DNA of 57,156 nucleotides from Alphaproteobacteria bacterium (GTDB lineage Bacteria; Pseudomonadota; Alphaproteobacteria; RF32; CAG-239): NCBI GenBank assembly GCA_017471705.1, contig JAFUSH010000012.1, positions 1 to 57,156 of the forward strand, read 5' to 3'. Shown piece by piece: positions 30,528 to 39,720 of this stretch (position 1 is its first letter; each line of letters starts with the position of its first letter). The notes under the pieces were generated by a model. It saw only the letters and a program-made list of their open reading frames with translations, ran no database searches and was not told where the DNA came from. The position numbers and the translations under genes were made by a program.

Positions 30528-33500
30528 ATGCGCAAGTTGTTTATGTATATGTGCTTTGCATTTCTGTTTTGTAACAATGCAAACGCTTATTTCGGCAACA
30601 CTTCCGCTTATAATCTGTATCAATTGGCATCGCGCGGTGATATCAGAAATATACAAAATGCGATTGACCGCGGCAACAATATAAACGCGGAAGATGGTAA
30701 CGGGCAAAACCCTATTTGCTATGCCATAAGAAACAGCGACTTCATAGCATACAAAAATTTGGTATTGCTAAGAGCCGACGAACATCCTTCTTGCGTTAAA
30801 CGTATACCGGAACAAGAATATGAAGAATTCAAAAGAGGATATGAAATCCGCGGCGGAAAGGTAGCAACTTCTTTTAGTCTGGGGAAAGCCGGTATGTGGA
30901 CATTAGCCGGTGTCGGTGCCGCCGGTGCTGCCGTCGGTATTGCGGCTGCCGCAGGCGGTGGAGGCGGAGGCGGTTCTTCAAGCGGAAGTTCCGACGAGCC
31001 TACGCCAACTCCTACCCCTACGCCGACTCCTACGCAACCTTGTGCTTCCTTTGATTTGATTTATTGTGTAGATAACGGAGTATGCGATGAATGTATCGGA
31101 ACAAATCGTTCATATTTTAAGCTTACCGGTTGCAAAGACGGTTATGTGCTGAATACCAAAAAAACAGGCTGTCTGGTTAACACTGAAATACGAGAAGAAT
31201 ACCCTCTGGAAGAATGCGATAAAAACGGCGCGTGTGCCAGTGCAAAATCCGGTGATACTACTGTTTATAAACTAACCTCGTGTAATGACGGATACAAACT
31301 CAGTGACGATAGATTGAAATGCGTTAAAATTTGTCCGGGGTACACGCAGGATACGTGTCCGAAGTCAGCGCAATATGTATCAGAAACCTGCGCCGAAGAT
31401 AATACTTATCATATATGCACTAACAGAACGAAAGTTGTCGGTTGTAAAGATTTTGCCTTAAATGAAGATAAATGCACAGAATGCCGTGACGGGTATAAAC
31501 TGGTTGACGGCGAGTGCAAACCAAAATGTCAAGGATATACGCAAATCAGTTGTGATAATCGAATACAATATGTTAAAGAGATATGTCCGGATGATGAAAC
31601 TTATCACAAATGCGCATCAAGAAACAATACCGAAGGATGTGATATTTTATCTCCGGATAGCGATACTTGTACACTTTGTGCGGAAGGATATAAATTAAAC
31701 AGCGATAATGTATGCGAAAAACTTTGCGACGGTTATACGCGAATTTCCTGTAACAGATCGCAATACATCAGTGAATATTGCGCGGATAATTCTAATTTTC
31801 ATAAATGTAAAGACAGAGAGAAAAGCACTACCGGATGTATGGACCCTTCACCGACATCCGATGCTTGCCTGTCCTGTTATGATGGTTACACATTAGTTGA
31901 CGGGGTATGCAATGAAATTTGTCCGGGATATACAAACATTCCTTGTAATAACAGCTTAGAATATATTAAAGAAACCTGCGAAGCAAGTAATGTCTATCAT
32001 AAATGTCAGATAAGATTAAATACCGAGGGATGTTCGAACTATAGTGCAACTTCGGATGAATGCACTTCCTGTCTAAGAGGATATGAATTGTCTGACGGAA
32101 AATGTGAGCAAGTGGATTGTATGGGGTACACCGGCGTTGCTTGTGATAAGACGACGGAATACCAAAGCGAAATCTGCGCCGATAATGAATTGTTCCATAA
32201 ATGCAAACAAAGAACCAACGTTACGGGATGCAGTGATTTTAATCTTAATTCCGATGTATGTACGGCTTGCATAAACGGTTATAAGATAAATAACGGTATC
32301 TGCGAATTTGCTTGTCCGGGATATACCACAACACCTTGCACCAACAGTACACAATACCAATCCGGTACCTGCGCCGCCGATCCGAATGGGAATTATCATA
32401 AATGTTCTTGGCGTTCAAATACTGACGGATGCGCTACTTTCAGCGAAACATCTGATACCTGTACTTCCTGTTTGCAAGGATATACCTTAAAAAGCGGTCG
32501 TTGTGAATTTGATTGTCCGACAATGTACGAAGATGAGTGCGATAATGCAACACAATATATTTCGTCTGTGTGCGCTACCGCACCGACATTCCATATCTGT
32601 ACGGACAGAAAAAATACCGAGCATTGTACTGACTATGCCACTTATACTGATGAATGCACCGAGTGCGAAGACGAATATAAAGTTGTGGGCGGAAAATGTA
32701 CGCATATTTGCCCTCCTAAGGATGGTTATGTATACACAAAAGAAACTTGTAGTATTGAAACATATTATGCAGTTGCCGATTGTTCAGACAGTTTAGAATA
32801 TCATAAATGCGTAGAAAGAACAAATTTAACAGGATGCTCAAATTTCAGTCCGTCTTCGGATCTTTGCACAAAATGTGAAACAGGATATACATTGCAGAGT
32901 GGTTATTGCAATGACAATGCAATCCTATGCTCAGGATACGTTAATACCGAGTGTAATACAGCCACTCAATATATGCCGGTAGGCGGAGAAGGTGATACTT
33001 GTCCTTATGATTCCAGTTATCATAAATGCATTAGCCGAACAAACTCTACTGTGGGATGTCAAACTCTCGATCCTAATGCGGACAAATGTGTGACCTGCAG
33101 CAACGGATATAAATTAGAAGGTAATATCTGTACTCCTATCTGTCCGGGATATACGAAAAATGCGTGTACTGTTGCAACTCAATATATTTCAGACACTTGT
33201 GAAGACGATGATTCGTATCACATATGCACCGGAAGAACAAACTCAACCGTGGGGTGCCAAACCCTCGATCCTAATGCGGACAGATGTGTAACCTGCAGCA
33301 ACGGATATAAATTAGAAGGTAATATTTGCACGCCTATCTGTCCGGGATATACGAAAAATGCGTGTACTGTTGCAACTCAATATATTTCAGACACTTGTGA
33401 AGACGATGATTCGTATCACATATGCACCGGAAGAACAAACTCAACCGTGGGATGCCAAACTCTCGATCCTAATGCGGACAGATGTGTGACCTGCAGCAAT

Positions 33501-36173
33501 GAATATCAGTTAGAGGGAAATGTTTGTATACAAATTTGTCCGGGATATACAAAAACTGCCTGTAATAACAGTGATCAATATATTTCAGCTAAATGTAATG
33601 ATAACCAAGAATACCATATATGCTCACCAAGAACCAATAAAACAGGATGTTCCGGATTTAATCCTGAAGCTGATAAATGTACCAGCTGTAATGACGGATA
33701 TCAGTTGGATTCGACTACAGGGAAATGTACAGAAAAATGTCCGGCAAGTCAAGGTTACCAGAAAGAAGCATGCAGCAATTCTCATTACATAAGTGAAAAA
33801 TGCAACAATGACCAATCATATCACAAGTGTTCACAGAGAACCAACAGTATTGATGGCTGTCAAAATCTCAATCCGGAAGCAGATAAATGCGATTTATGTA
33901 AAGATGGTTATAAATTAGATGGTAATGTATGTAAAGAAAAATGTCCGGCAAGTCAAGGTTACACCAAAACTTGTGATACAAGTGTATACATTCAAGGAGC
34001 TGCTTGTGCGGCAGATGCGCAATATCATATCTGCACTCAAAAAAGAACTCAAATAGATGGTTGTGAAGCTTATGTAGCTACTGAAGATAAATGCAGCAGA
34101 TGTGATGAAGATCATAAACTGCAAAATGGCACTTGCGTAAAAATTTGTGACGGATATACCAAGTATGATGACGGAGCTTGTCCTGCCGGTCAATATATCA
34201 CCGCTAAATGCAGTGATAACGGCAAATACCTTAAATGTGCAAATATCAGTGATGATGTAAAAGCTAATTGCGATAAATTATCAACTACTTCTAATTGTTG
34301 TCAAGCGTGTGTAAGCGGTTACCACGTCGACAGTTGTAAATGTAAAAAAGAGGGTGAAGAAGAAAGCGGTGGCGCTTCAACAACATCTTCCGTGGTAATT
34401 CCTTTAACCTCTGTTATGACTGTAAGTGAAAACACATTTTACGGCACAACCGTTACAAATTCTAATGCCAATATTAAAGATGATATAAATATTATTTCAT
34501 ACGGTAAAGAAGTATCCGGTATATGCGCATCAAATGCTATGGTAGAAAATAATGCCGATATCAACATTCAATCGGATACAACTGATACAATACGCGGCAT
34601 ATATGCTACAGGCTCATCTGTCGTTAATAACGGAGATATCAAAATTAACGCTAAAGGCGGAGAAATCTATGGTATTTATTCTGATAGCTCAAGTATTGAA
34701 AATAACGGAAATATTACCATCAATGCAAATGATACAAGCAATGCTTACGGTATATATGCCGTCAACAATTCAGCCGTGAAAAATAACGGAGTTATCACTA
34801 TTAACGGCTCAAGTTCCGATGCCAATACTGCTGACGGAAAATTCATATATATTGACGGAACTTCGTATATTATAAATGCTGATACTATCGCCTCAGATAT
34901 AAGCTTAAATACTGCCGATTTGGGCGGAGGAACCATACTTATGACCGGTGGTTCAAATATAACCGCTCCGGAAGTATCGGGACAGCTTATGCTGGCAACC
35001 GATATTACGACAGGCGAAAATAATGATATTTATGTTACACAGAATTTGATAAGCGGTAACATCGGAGATTTGTCGTTAGTATCTCAATCAGCAATGTTTG
35101 AGGCTAATCTGAATGCCGGTGAAAACTCAAACGACGGCGTATTAACCCGAAAACCTTTCGAAGCATTGGTTAACAATGACTCGATTGCCGATTATCTCGA
35201 ACATAATTATATATCCGGTAATGCTTCAGAATTATTTGATAAATTGAAAAAAGCTAACTCTTTATCGCAACTGAATAAAAATATAAGCGACTTATTCGGA
35301 CAAAAAATGCTCTCGCGTATGACCTTTGAAGATATGTCAATGTTACGCGAAGTTAACTTGGATATGAACAAAAACTTATTTAAAACCGATGGTGCTTTTG
35401 CTTTCGGCGGCACCGTAGCTCCGTCAAGCTATGCAAACGATGTCGGTTCTGTCGGACAATACTCGTTAAACGGCTTTAATCGTGGAAAAACAAGCTATGC
35501 GTTAGGCGTTTCCATTTCCGATGTCAATACTTATGATGATAATAAAGACAACAGCCGCTCGGATCGCAGTTTTGTAATAAGTACACCAGTAGGCTATAAA
35601 ACACACGGTATTGAGTTCATAACCTCGCCGAAAGTCGGTTATGCATACGGAGAATACAATCGTAACGGATTTGACGGAACGTACAAAGGTAAAGTATATA
35701 AACGTATGTACGCTCTTATGAACGAGGTTCGTTATCCGCTCAATTGGAAAAATATGACGTTTACACCGTCTGCCGAATTTAATATGATTGGCTTTAATAT
35801 CAAAGGAAGCGAGGATAATCAGAAGCCTTATTACTTAAGAATTAAACCGCAGCGTCATTATTCGGTCGAAGCAGGTATGGGATTAAACGCAGAAAAGGAA
35901 TTTTCGTTATACAAACTTCATAATTTCAAAATAAACGGTGGGGTTGCTTTCTATCACGAATTTGCTAATCCGTACGAATTAGATGTATGTATGAATGAAA
36001 TGGACGGCTCATACCGTCTGTATGATGAAAAACGGCACAATAACCGTACGGTGGTTCGTTTCGGGTTTGATTACGAATTGGGTGAAGATGTGGATATTTC
36101 GGCAAGTCTGTTGAGTAACATTGACGGCGAATATCGAACCGATAGTGTATGCGATATAAAATATCACTTCTGA
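30528..36173 (+). CDS. Giant Cys-rich autotransporter-like surface protein
   Basis: Signal peptide, ankyrin-like pair, Gly/Ala hydrophobic segment, (PT)n linker, about 15 Cys8 repeats, NNGxIxI beta-helix, C-terminal amphipathic beta-barrel ending KYHF. Confidence 0.85.
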   Translation: MRKLFMYMCFAFLFCNNANAYFGNTSAYNLYQLASRGDIRNIQNAIDRGNNINAEDGNGQNPICYAIRNSDFIAYKNLVLLRADEHPSCVKRIPEQEYEEFKRGYEIRGGKVATSFSLGKAGMWTLAGVGAAGAAVGIAAAAGGGGGGGSSSGSSDEPTPTPTPTPTPTQPCASFDLIYCVDNGVCDECIGTNRSYFKLTGCKDGYVLNTKKTGCLVNTEIREEYPLEECDKNGACASAKSGDTTVYKLTSCNDGYKLSDDRLKCVKICPGYTQDTCPKSAQYVSETCAEDNTYHICTNRTKVVGCKDFALNEDKCTECRDGYKLVDGECKPKCQGYTQISCDNRIQYVKEICPDDETYHKCASRNNTEGCDILSPDSDTCTLCAEGYKLNSDNVCEKLCDGYTRISCNRSQYISEYCADNSNFHKCKDREKSTTGCMDPSPTSDACLSCYDGYTLVDGVCNEICPGYTNIPCNNSLEYIKETCEASNVYHKCQIRLNTEGCSNYSATSDECTSCLRGYELSDGKCEQVDCMGYTGVACDKTTEYQSEICADNELFHKCKQRTNVTGCSDFNLNSDVCTACINGYKINNGICEFACPGYTTTPCTNSTQYQSGTCAADPNGNYHKCSWRSNTDGCATFSETSDTCTSCLQGYTLKSGRCEFDCPTMYEDECDNATQYISSVCATAPTFHICTDRKNTEHCTDYATYTDECTECEDEYKVVGGKCTHICPPKDGYVYTKETCSIETYYAVADCSDSLEYHKCVERTNLTGCSNFSPSSDLCTKCETGYTLQSGYCNDNAILCSGYVNTECNTATQYMPVGGEGDTCPYDSSYHKCISRTNSTVGCQTLDPNADKCVTCSNGYKLEGNICTPICPGYTKNACTVATQYISDTCEDDDSYHICTGRTNSTVGCQTLDPNADRCVTCSNGYKLEGNICTPICPGYTKNACTVATQYISDTCEDDDSYHICTGRTNSTVGCQTLDPNADRCVTCSNEYQLEGNVCIQICPGYTKTACNNSDQYISAKCNDNQEYHICSPRTNKTGCSGFNPEADKCTSCNDGYQLDSTTGKCTEKCPASQGYQKEACSNSHYISEKCNNDQSYHKCSQRTNSIDGCQNLNPEADKCDLCKDGYKLDGNVCKEKCPASQGYTKTCDTSVYIQGAACAADAQYHICTQKRTQIDGCEAYVATEDKCSRCDEDHKLQNGTCVKICDGYTKYDDGACPAGQYITAKCSDNGKYLKCANISDDVKANCDKLSTTSNCCQACVSGYHVDSCKCKKEGEEESGGASTTSSVVIPLTSVMTVSENTFYGTTVTNSNANIKDDINIISYGKEVSGICASNAMVENNADINIQSDTTDTIRGIYATGSSVVNNGDIKINAKGGEIYGIYSDSSSIENNGNITINANDTSNAYGIYAVNNSAVKNNGVITINGSSSDANTADGKFIYIDGTSYIINADTIASDISLNTADLGGGTILMTGGSNITAPEVSGQLMLATDITTGENNDIYVTQNLISGNIGDLSLVSQSAMFEANLNAGENSNDGVLTRKPFEALVNNDSIADYLEHNYISGNASELFDKLKKANSLSQLNKNISDLFGQKMLSRMTFEDMSMLREVNLDMNKNLFKTDGAFAFGGTVAPSSYANDVGSVGQYSLNGFNRGKTSYALGVSISDVNTYDDNKDNSRSDRSFVISTPVGYKTHGIEFITSPKVGYAYGEYNRNGFDGTYKGKVYKRMYALMNEVRYPLNWKNMTFTPSAEFNMIGFNIKGSEDNQKPYYLRIKPQRHYSVEAGMGLNAEKEFSLYKLHNFKINGGVAFYHEFANPYELDVCMNEMDGSYRLYDEKRHNNRTVVRFGFDYELGEDVDISASLLSNIDGEYRTDSVCDIKYHF
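33036..33555 (+). repeat. Near-identical 198-bp tandem repeat, about 2.6 copies
   Basis: Units start at 33036, 33234 and 33432 (66-aa RTNSTVGCQTLDPNAD... unit). Confidence 0.95.
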
Positions 36174-36194
36174 TATTGTCCGCAAAAGATAAAA

Positions 36195-36457
36195 GTCATA
36201 CCTTCTCCCTTTTATCGTCGTACTTGAACAATCCGTCAGGATTGAACCGAGGTTCTCTGCTACCGTTCTTGTTGCAGGGGATTCTCGGTTTTCGCCTAAA
36301 GGCTCACCCGAGAATGACAATAAACAATAAAGTCTCCCCTCGTTTTCGTCAGAAAACGTCAGATGGTCTTCCAATTATTTAAATCGGCAGCAACGCTAGC
36401 GCGTTGATAGAAATAATACCCTGACGACCTGACGTGCAACGCAGATCGAGGTATGAC
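36195..36457 (+). repeat. Two adjacent degenerate cruciform palindromic (REP/RPE-like) elements
   Basis: Element 1 at 36211-36324 and element 2 at 36332-36457, each with GTC...GAC ends, an inner long stem and a C-GTCA-G hairpin; outer GTCATACCT/AGGTATGAC. Confidence 0.65.
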
Positions 36458-36468
36458 ATTTACGATGT

Positions 36469-37539
36469 TTAATCCATTTCAGCCAAACGCTCGGCCTGAT
36501 CTTCGGCTACCAAAGCATCAATTATTTCATTCAAGGCTTCGCCGTTTACCACTTCTTCCAACTTATACAAAGTAAGATTTATTCGGTGATCGGTTACTCG
36601 TCCCTGCGGATAGTTATATGTTCTGATTCTTTCGCTTCTGTCACCGCTGCCGACTTGCAATTTACGTTTTTCCGAATAGTTGGCGTCTATTGTTGATTTC
36701 TGATTGTCATACAGCTTGGCGCGCAAGTGATTCATTGCTTTTTCTTTATTTTTAAACTGCGAGCGTTCATCTTGACATTGCACCACCACACCGGTCGGAA
36801 TATGGGTAATACGCACTGCGGACTCCGTTCTGTTAACGTGCTGACCGCCGGCGCCAGATGCGCGGTAAACATCAATTTTCAAGTCTGCCGGATTGATATA
36901 TAAATCAACCTCTTCAATTTCCGGCAAAACCGCTACGGTTGCCGCCGAAGTATGTACCCTGCCCTGAGATTCGGTCACCGGCACACGCTGTACGCGGTGC
37001 GCTCCGGATTCAAATTTCAATTTAGCAAAAACATCTTTACCGGTAATTTTTGCTGAAGCTTCTTTATAACCGCCGATACCGTTTTCATTAGTGTCCAAAA
37101 TTTCGAACTGCCAACCCTGCTTTTGCGCATAGCGTTGATACATTTCAAACAACACTGCCGCAAACAAGGCAGCCTCATCACCACCGGTTCCGGCTCTTAC
37201 TTCAAGAATGGCATTTTTTTCGTCATCGGCATCTTTAGGCAGCAACAGTATGCGAATCTGCTTTTCCAACTCCGGCAGCTGCTCTTTGGCTTCATAATAT
37301 TCAGCCTCTGCCATTTCGCGCATTTCTTTATCCAATTCGCCGTCTTCCATCATTAGTTTATCATCTGCCATAATTTGCTGTTGATGACGGTAATCGTTGA
37401 TAGCGTTTACCACCGGCTCCAAAGTTGCCAACTCCTTATTAAGCTTAACCAATTCCTCGGTGGAAACACCGGAATTGAGCAGCGCCTGCACCTCCTCAAA
37501 ACGATTCACGACATTAGAAAGTTTTTCATCTAAATTCAT
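36469..37539 (-). CDS. prfA: Peptide chain release factor 1
   Basis: PVT tripeptide (QRVPVTE), [17 protein letters not shown]. Confidence 0.98.
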   Translation of the reverse strand: MNLDEKLSNVVNRFEEVQALLNSGVSTEELVKLNKELATLEPVVNAINDYRHQQQIMADDKLMMEDGELDKEMREMAEAEYYEAKEQLPELEKQIRILLLPKDADDEKNAILEVRAGTGGDEAALFAAVLFEMYQRYAQKQGWQFEILDTNENGIGGYKEASAKITGKDVFAKLKFESGAHRVQRVPVTESQGRVHTSAATVAVLPEIEEVDLYINPADLKIDVYRASGAGGQHVNRTESAVRITHIPTGVVVQCQDERSQFKNKEKAMNHLRAKLYDNQKSTIDANYSEKRKLQVGSGDRSERIRTYNYPQGRVTDHRINLTLYKLEEVVNGEALNEIIDALVAEDQAERLAEMD

Positions 37540-37541
37540 TA

Positions 37542-38774
37542 TTATAATTCCTTTATCAAATCGGATTGAAGTACTGTTTTTTGCTCACCGCTGTCCAAAT
37601 CTTTCAATGTCACGGTATTGTTTGCCAATTCATCTGAACCGATAATTACTGCTTTTACGGCATTTACTTTATTAGCTTTTATCATTCGCTTTTTCATATT
37701 TCCGCTATAGCTTTGCTCAACACGAAAACCGGCTAAACGCAAACTGTGCGCAATTTCCAGCGCCTTGTCGTTTGTATCTTCTCCGACCGGTATCACGGCT
37801 ATCGGACGCGGCAAATCAACATCTTGTTCCAGAAGCATTGCCAATCTTTCCACACCGCAAGCCCAGCCTATACCGGCAACATCTCCGCCGCCCATTTGCG
37901 CCACCAAACCGTTATATCTGCCGCCGGCTAAAACCGTGCCTTGCGCGCCCAATTTATCGGTGGTCAGCTCAAACACCGTATGCGAATAATAGTCGAGTCC
38001 GCGCACCAAACGATTATTTACCCGATATTTAATACCCAAATTATCCAAACCGCGCAGTACATCGGCAAAAAACTTTTGCGATGTTTCATTCAGACTGTCG
38101 GCATAAAGCGGAGCATTTTCAACCACCGCCTTATCACATTCTTCTTTCGAATCCAAAATTCGCAAAGGATTTTTCTGCAAACGATTCTTACTGTCTTCGG
38201 ATAATTCATCATAATGATTTTGCAAATAGGCAACTAATTTACTGCGGTATGTATTTCGGCTTTCTTCATCGCCCAATGAATTTATTTCTACCGTGACCTG
38301 ACCGCTTAATCCCAACTTTTCCAAAAATTCGTAGGCCATAGCTATAACTTCTATATCCGCCTGCGGAGTTTCCACTCCCAAAAGTTCTACGCCGAATTGA
38401 GTAAACTGACGCTGACGTCCTTTTTGCGGGCGTTCATAGCGAAACATCGGACCGGAATAATAAAATTTAACCGGCAAATTTTGCTGCATTCCGTTGGAAA
38501 CAAAGGCTCTGACCACTCCGGCTGTTCCTTCAGGGCGAAGCGTCAAACCGTCGCCGCCTTTATCTTCAAAGCAATACATTTCTTTAGTAACAATATCCGA
38601 TGTATCGCCCAAATTACGGGCGAATACTTCCGTAAATTCAAAAATAGGAGTTTCTATTTCTTCAAAACCATATTTTTCGACTACTTCGGAGCCGGTAGAA
38701 ACCACTTTTTTCATTTTTCTTTTAGCAGCACCGTATAAATCATAAGTGCCGCGAACACTCTGAACTTTATCCAT
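37542..38774 (-). CDS. hisS: Histidyl-tRNA synthetase
   Basis: [35 protein letters not shown]. Confidence 0.98.
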   Translation of the reverse strand: MDKVQSVRGTYDLYGAAKRKMKKVVSTGSEVVEKYGFEEIETPIFEFTEVFARNLGDTSDIVTKEMYCFEDKGGDGLTLRPEGTAGVVRAFVSNGMQQNLPVKFYYSGPMFRYERPQKGRQRQFTQFGVELLGVETPQADIEVIAMAYEFLEKLGLSGQVTVEINSLGDEESRNTYRSKLVAYLQNHYDELSEDSKNRLQKNPLRILDSKEECDKAVVENAPLYADSLNETSQKFFADVLRGLDNLGIKYRVNNRLVRGLDYYSHTVFELTTDKLGAQGTVLAGGRYNGLVAQMGGGDVAGIGWACGVERLAMLLEQDVDLPRPIAVIPVGEDTNDKALEIAHSLRLAGFRVEQSYSGNMKKRMIKANKVNAVKAVIIGSDELANNTVTLKDLDSGEQKTVLQSDLIKEL

Positions 38775-38785
38775 TGTTTATATAC

Positions 38786-39685
38786 CTAATCCTGCGTTTT
38801 GATATATGTATCCAAGCTGATATTTTTTCTTTTTATATTTGTAGCAACCGTAATCGGTTTGTCATCTAAATAGAACCGGACGTTACGAGGTCTGCCGACT
38901 GTTATAATCAGCCCTTTTTCTGAAGGAACGCTATATTTATAACCTTTGTTGTAAACACCGTTAAGCAGAACTTTTTTGCCTTGACGCAACTCCAGCCACG
39001 ACGGACCGGTAAGTTCAATTTTCATCTGAGGTAAAACGGCTTTTTCCACCTTCTTTTCTTCTTTTTTGTTTTCATCAGCTTCAGTTTTTTCTTCTTTTTT
39101 ATCTTCATTCACCTGTTTTTCATCGACTGCAGGTTTTGTTTTTTCTTCAGATTTTTCTTCGTCTTTTACTTCTTTTTCTTCTTTTTCTTCTTTGTTTACG
39201 GCTTTTTCTTCAACTTTTTTCTCATCTTCTTCGGCTACGATTACCGGTTTCGGCAAAACCGCAGTATTTTCTTCGGAAATATCTTCAAACTTGGAAGTTG
39301 TAGGCAAAACCGACCAAGCCACAGCCAATAATGCCAATCCTAAAATACCCGAAATTACGTGTTTCAAACGCGGATACGATGAAACTCTTTCACCGCTGAT
39401 ACTTTGCTGTTTCGGCTCATCTTCTCCGGTCATAGCCTGCTTATACGAAGCCGCTATTCTGTCACTGTTAAGCCCCAAAAGCTTAGCATAACTGCGCACA
39501 AATCCCAGACAATACGGCATAGGCGGAGTATTGGCAAAATCCATATTTTCAATAGCATTTAAATAAAACTTTCTGATACACAGCTCATCAGCTGCTTCAT
39601 CAATCGTCTTATTCTGTTTAACACGGGCATTCCGCAGCATTTCGCCTATGGTCTGCACTTCTTCGTTTTCTATCAAATCTTCCAC
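38786..39685 (-). CDS. rodZ: RodZ-like cytoskeleton protein (HTH_25, TM, DUF4115)
   Basis: IGEMLRNAR HTH, GFVRSYAKLLGL, central TM, SWLELR C-domain. Confidence 0.85.
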   Translation of the reverse strand: MEDLIENEEVQTIGEMLRNARVKQNKTIDEAADELCIRKFYLNAIENMDFANTPPMPYCLGFVRSYAKLLGLNSDRIAASYKQAMTGEDEPKQQSISGERVSSYPRLKHVISGILGLALLAVAWSVLPTTSKFEDISEENTAVLPKPVIVAEEDEKKVEEKAVNKEEKEEKEVKDEEKSEEKTKPAVDEKQVNEDKKEEKTEADENKKEEKKVEKAVLPQMKIELTGPSWLELRQGKKVLLNGVYNKGYKYSVPSEKGLIITVGRPRNVRFYLDDKPITVATNIKRKNISLDTYIKTQD

Positions 39686-39720
39686 TTTTTTTCTCCTGTG
39701 CGGTGCTTATAACATAAAAA

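Noticed and set aside
33036-33555. CRISPR array
   Set aside because: The repeats are 198-bp in-frame coding units without unique spacers, and there are no cas genes.
36009-36382. ORFs 36009-36374 (-) and 36149-36382 (+)
   Set aside because: They overlap the palindromic elements and the autotransporter end, and lack a convincing RBS or protein motifs.
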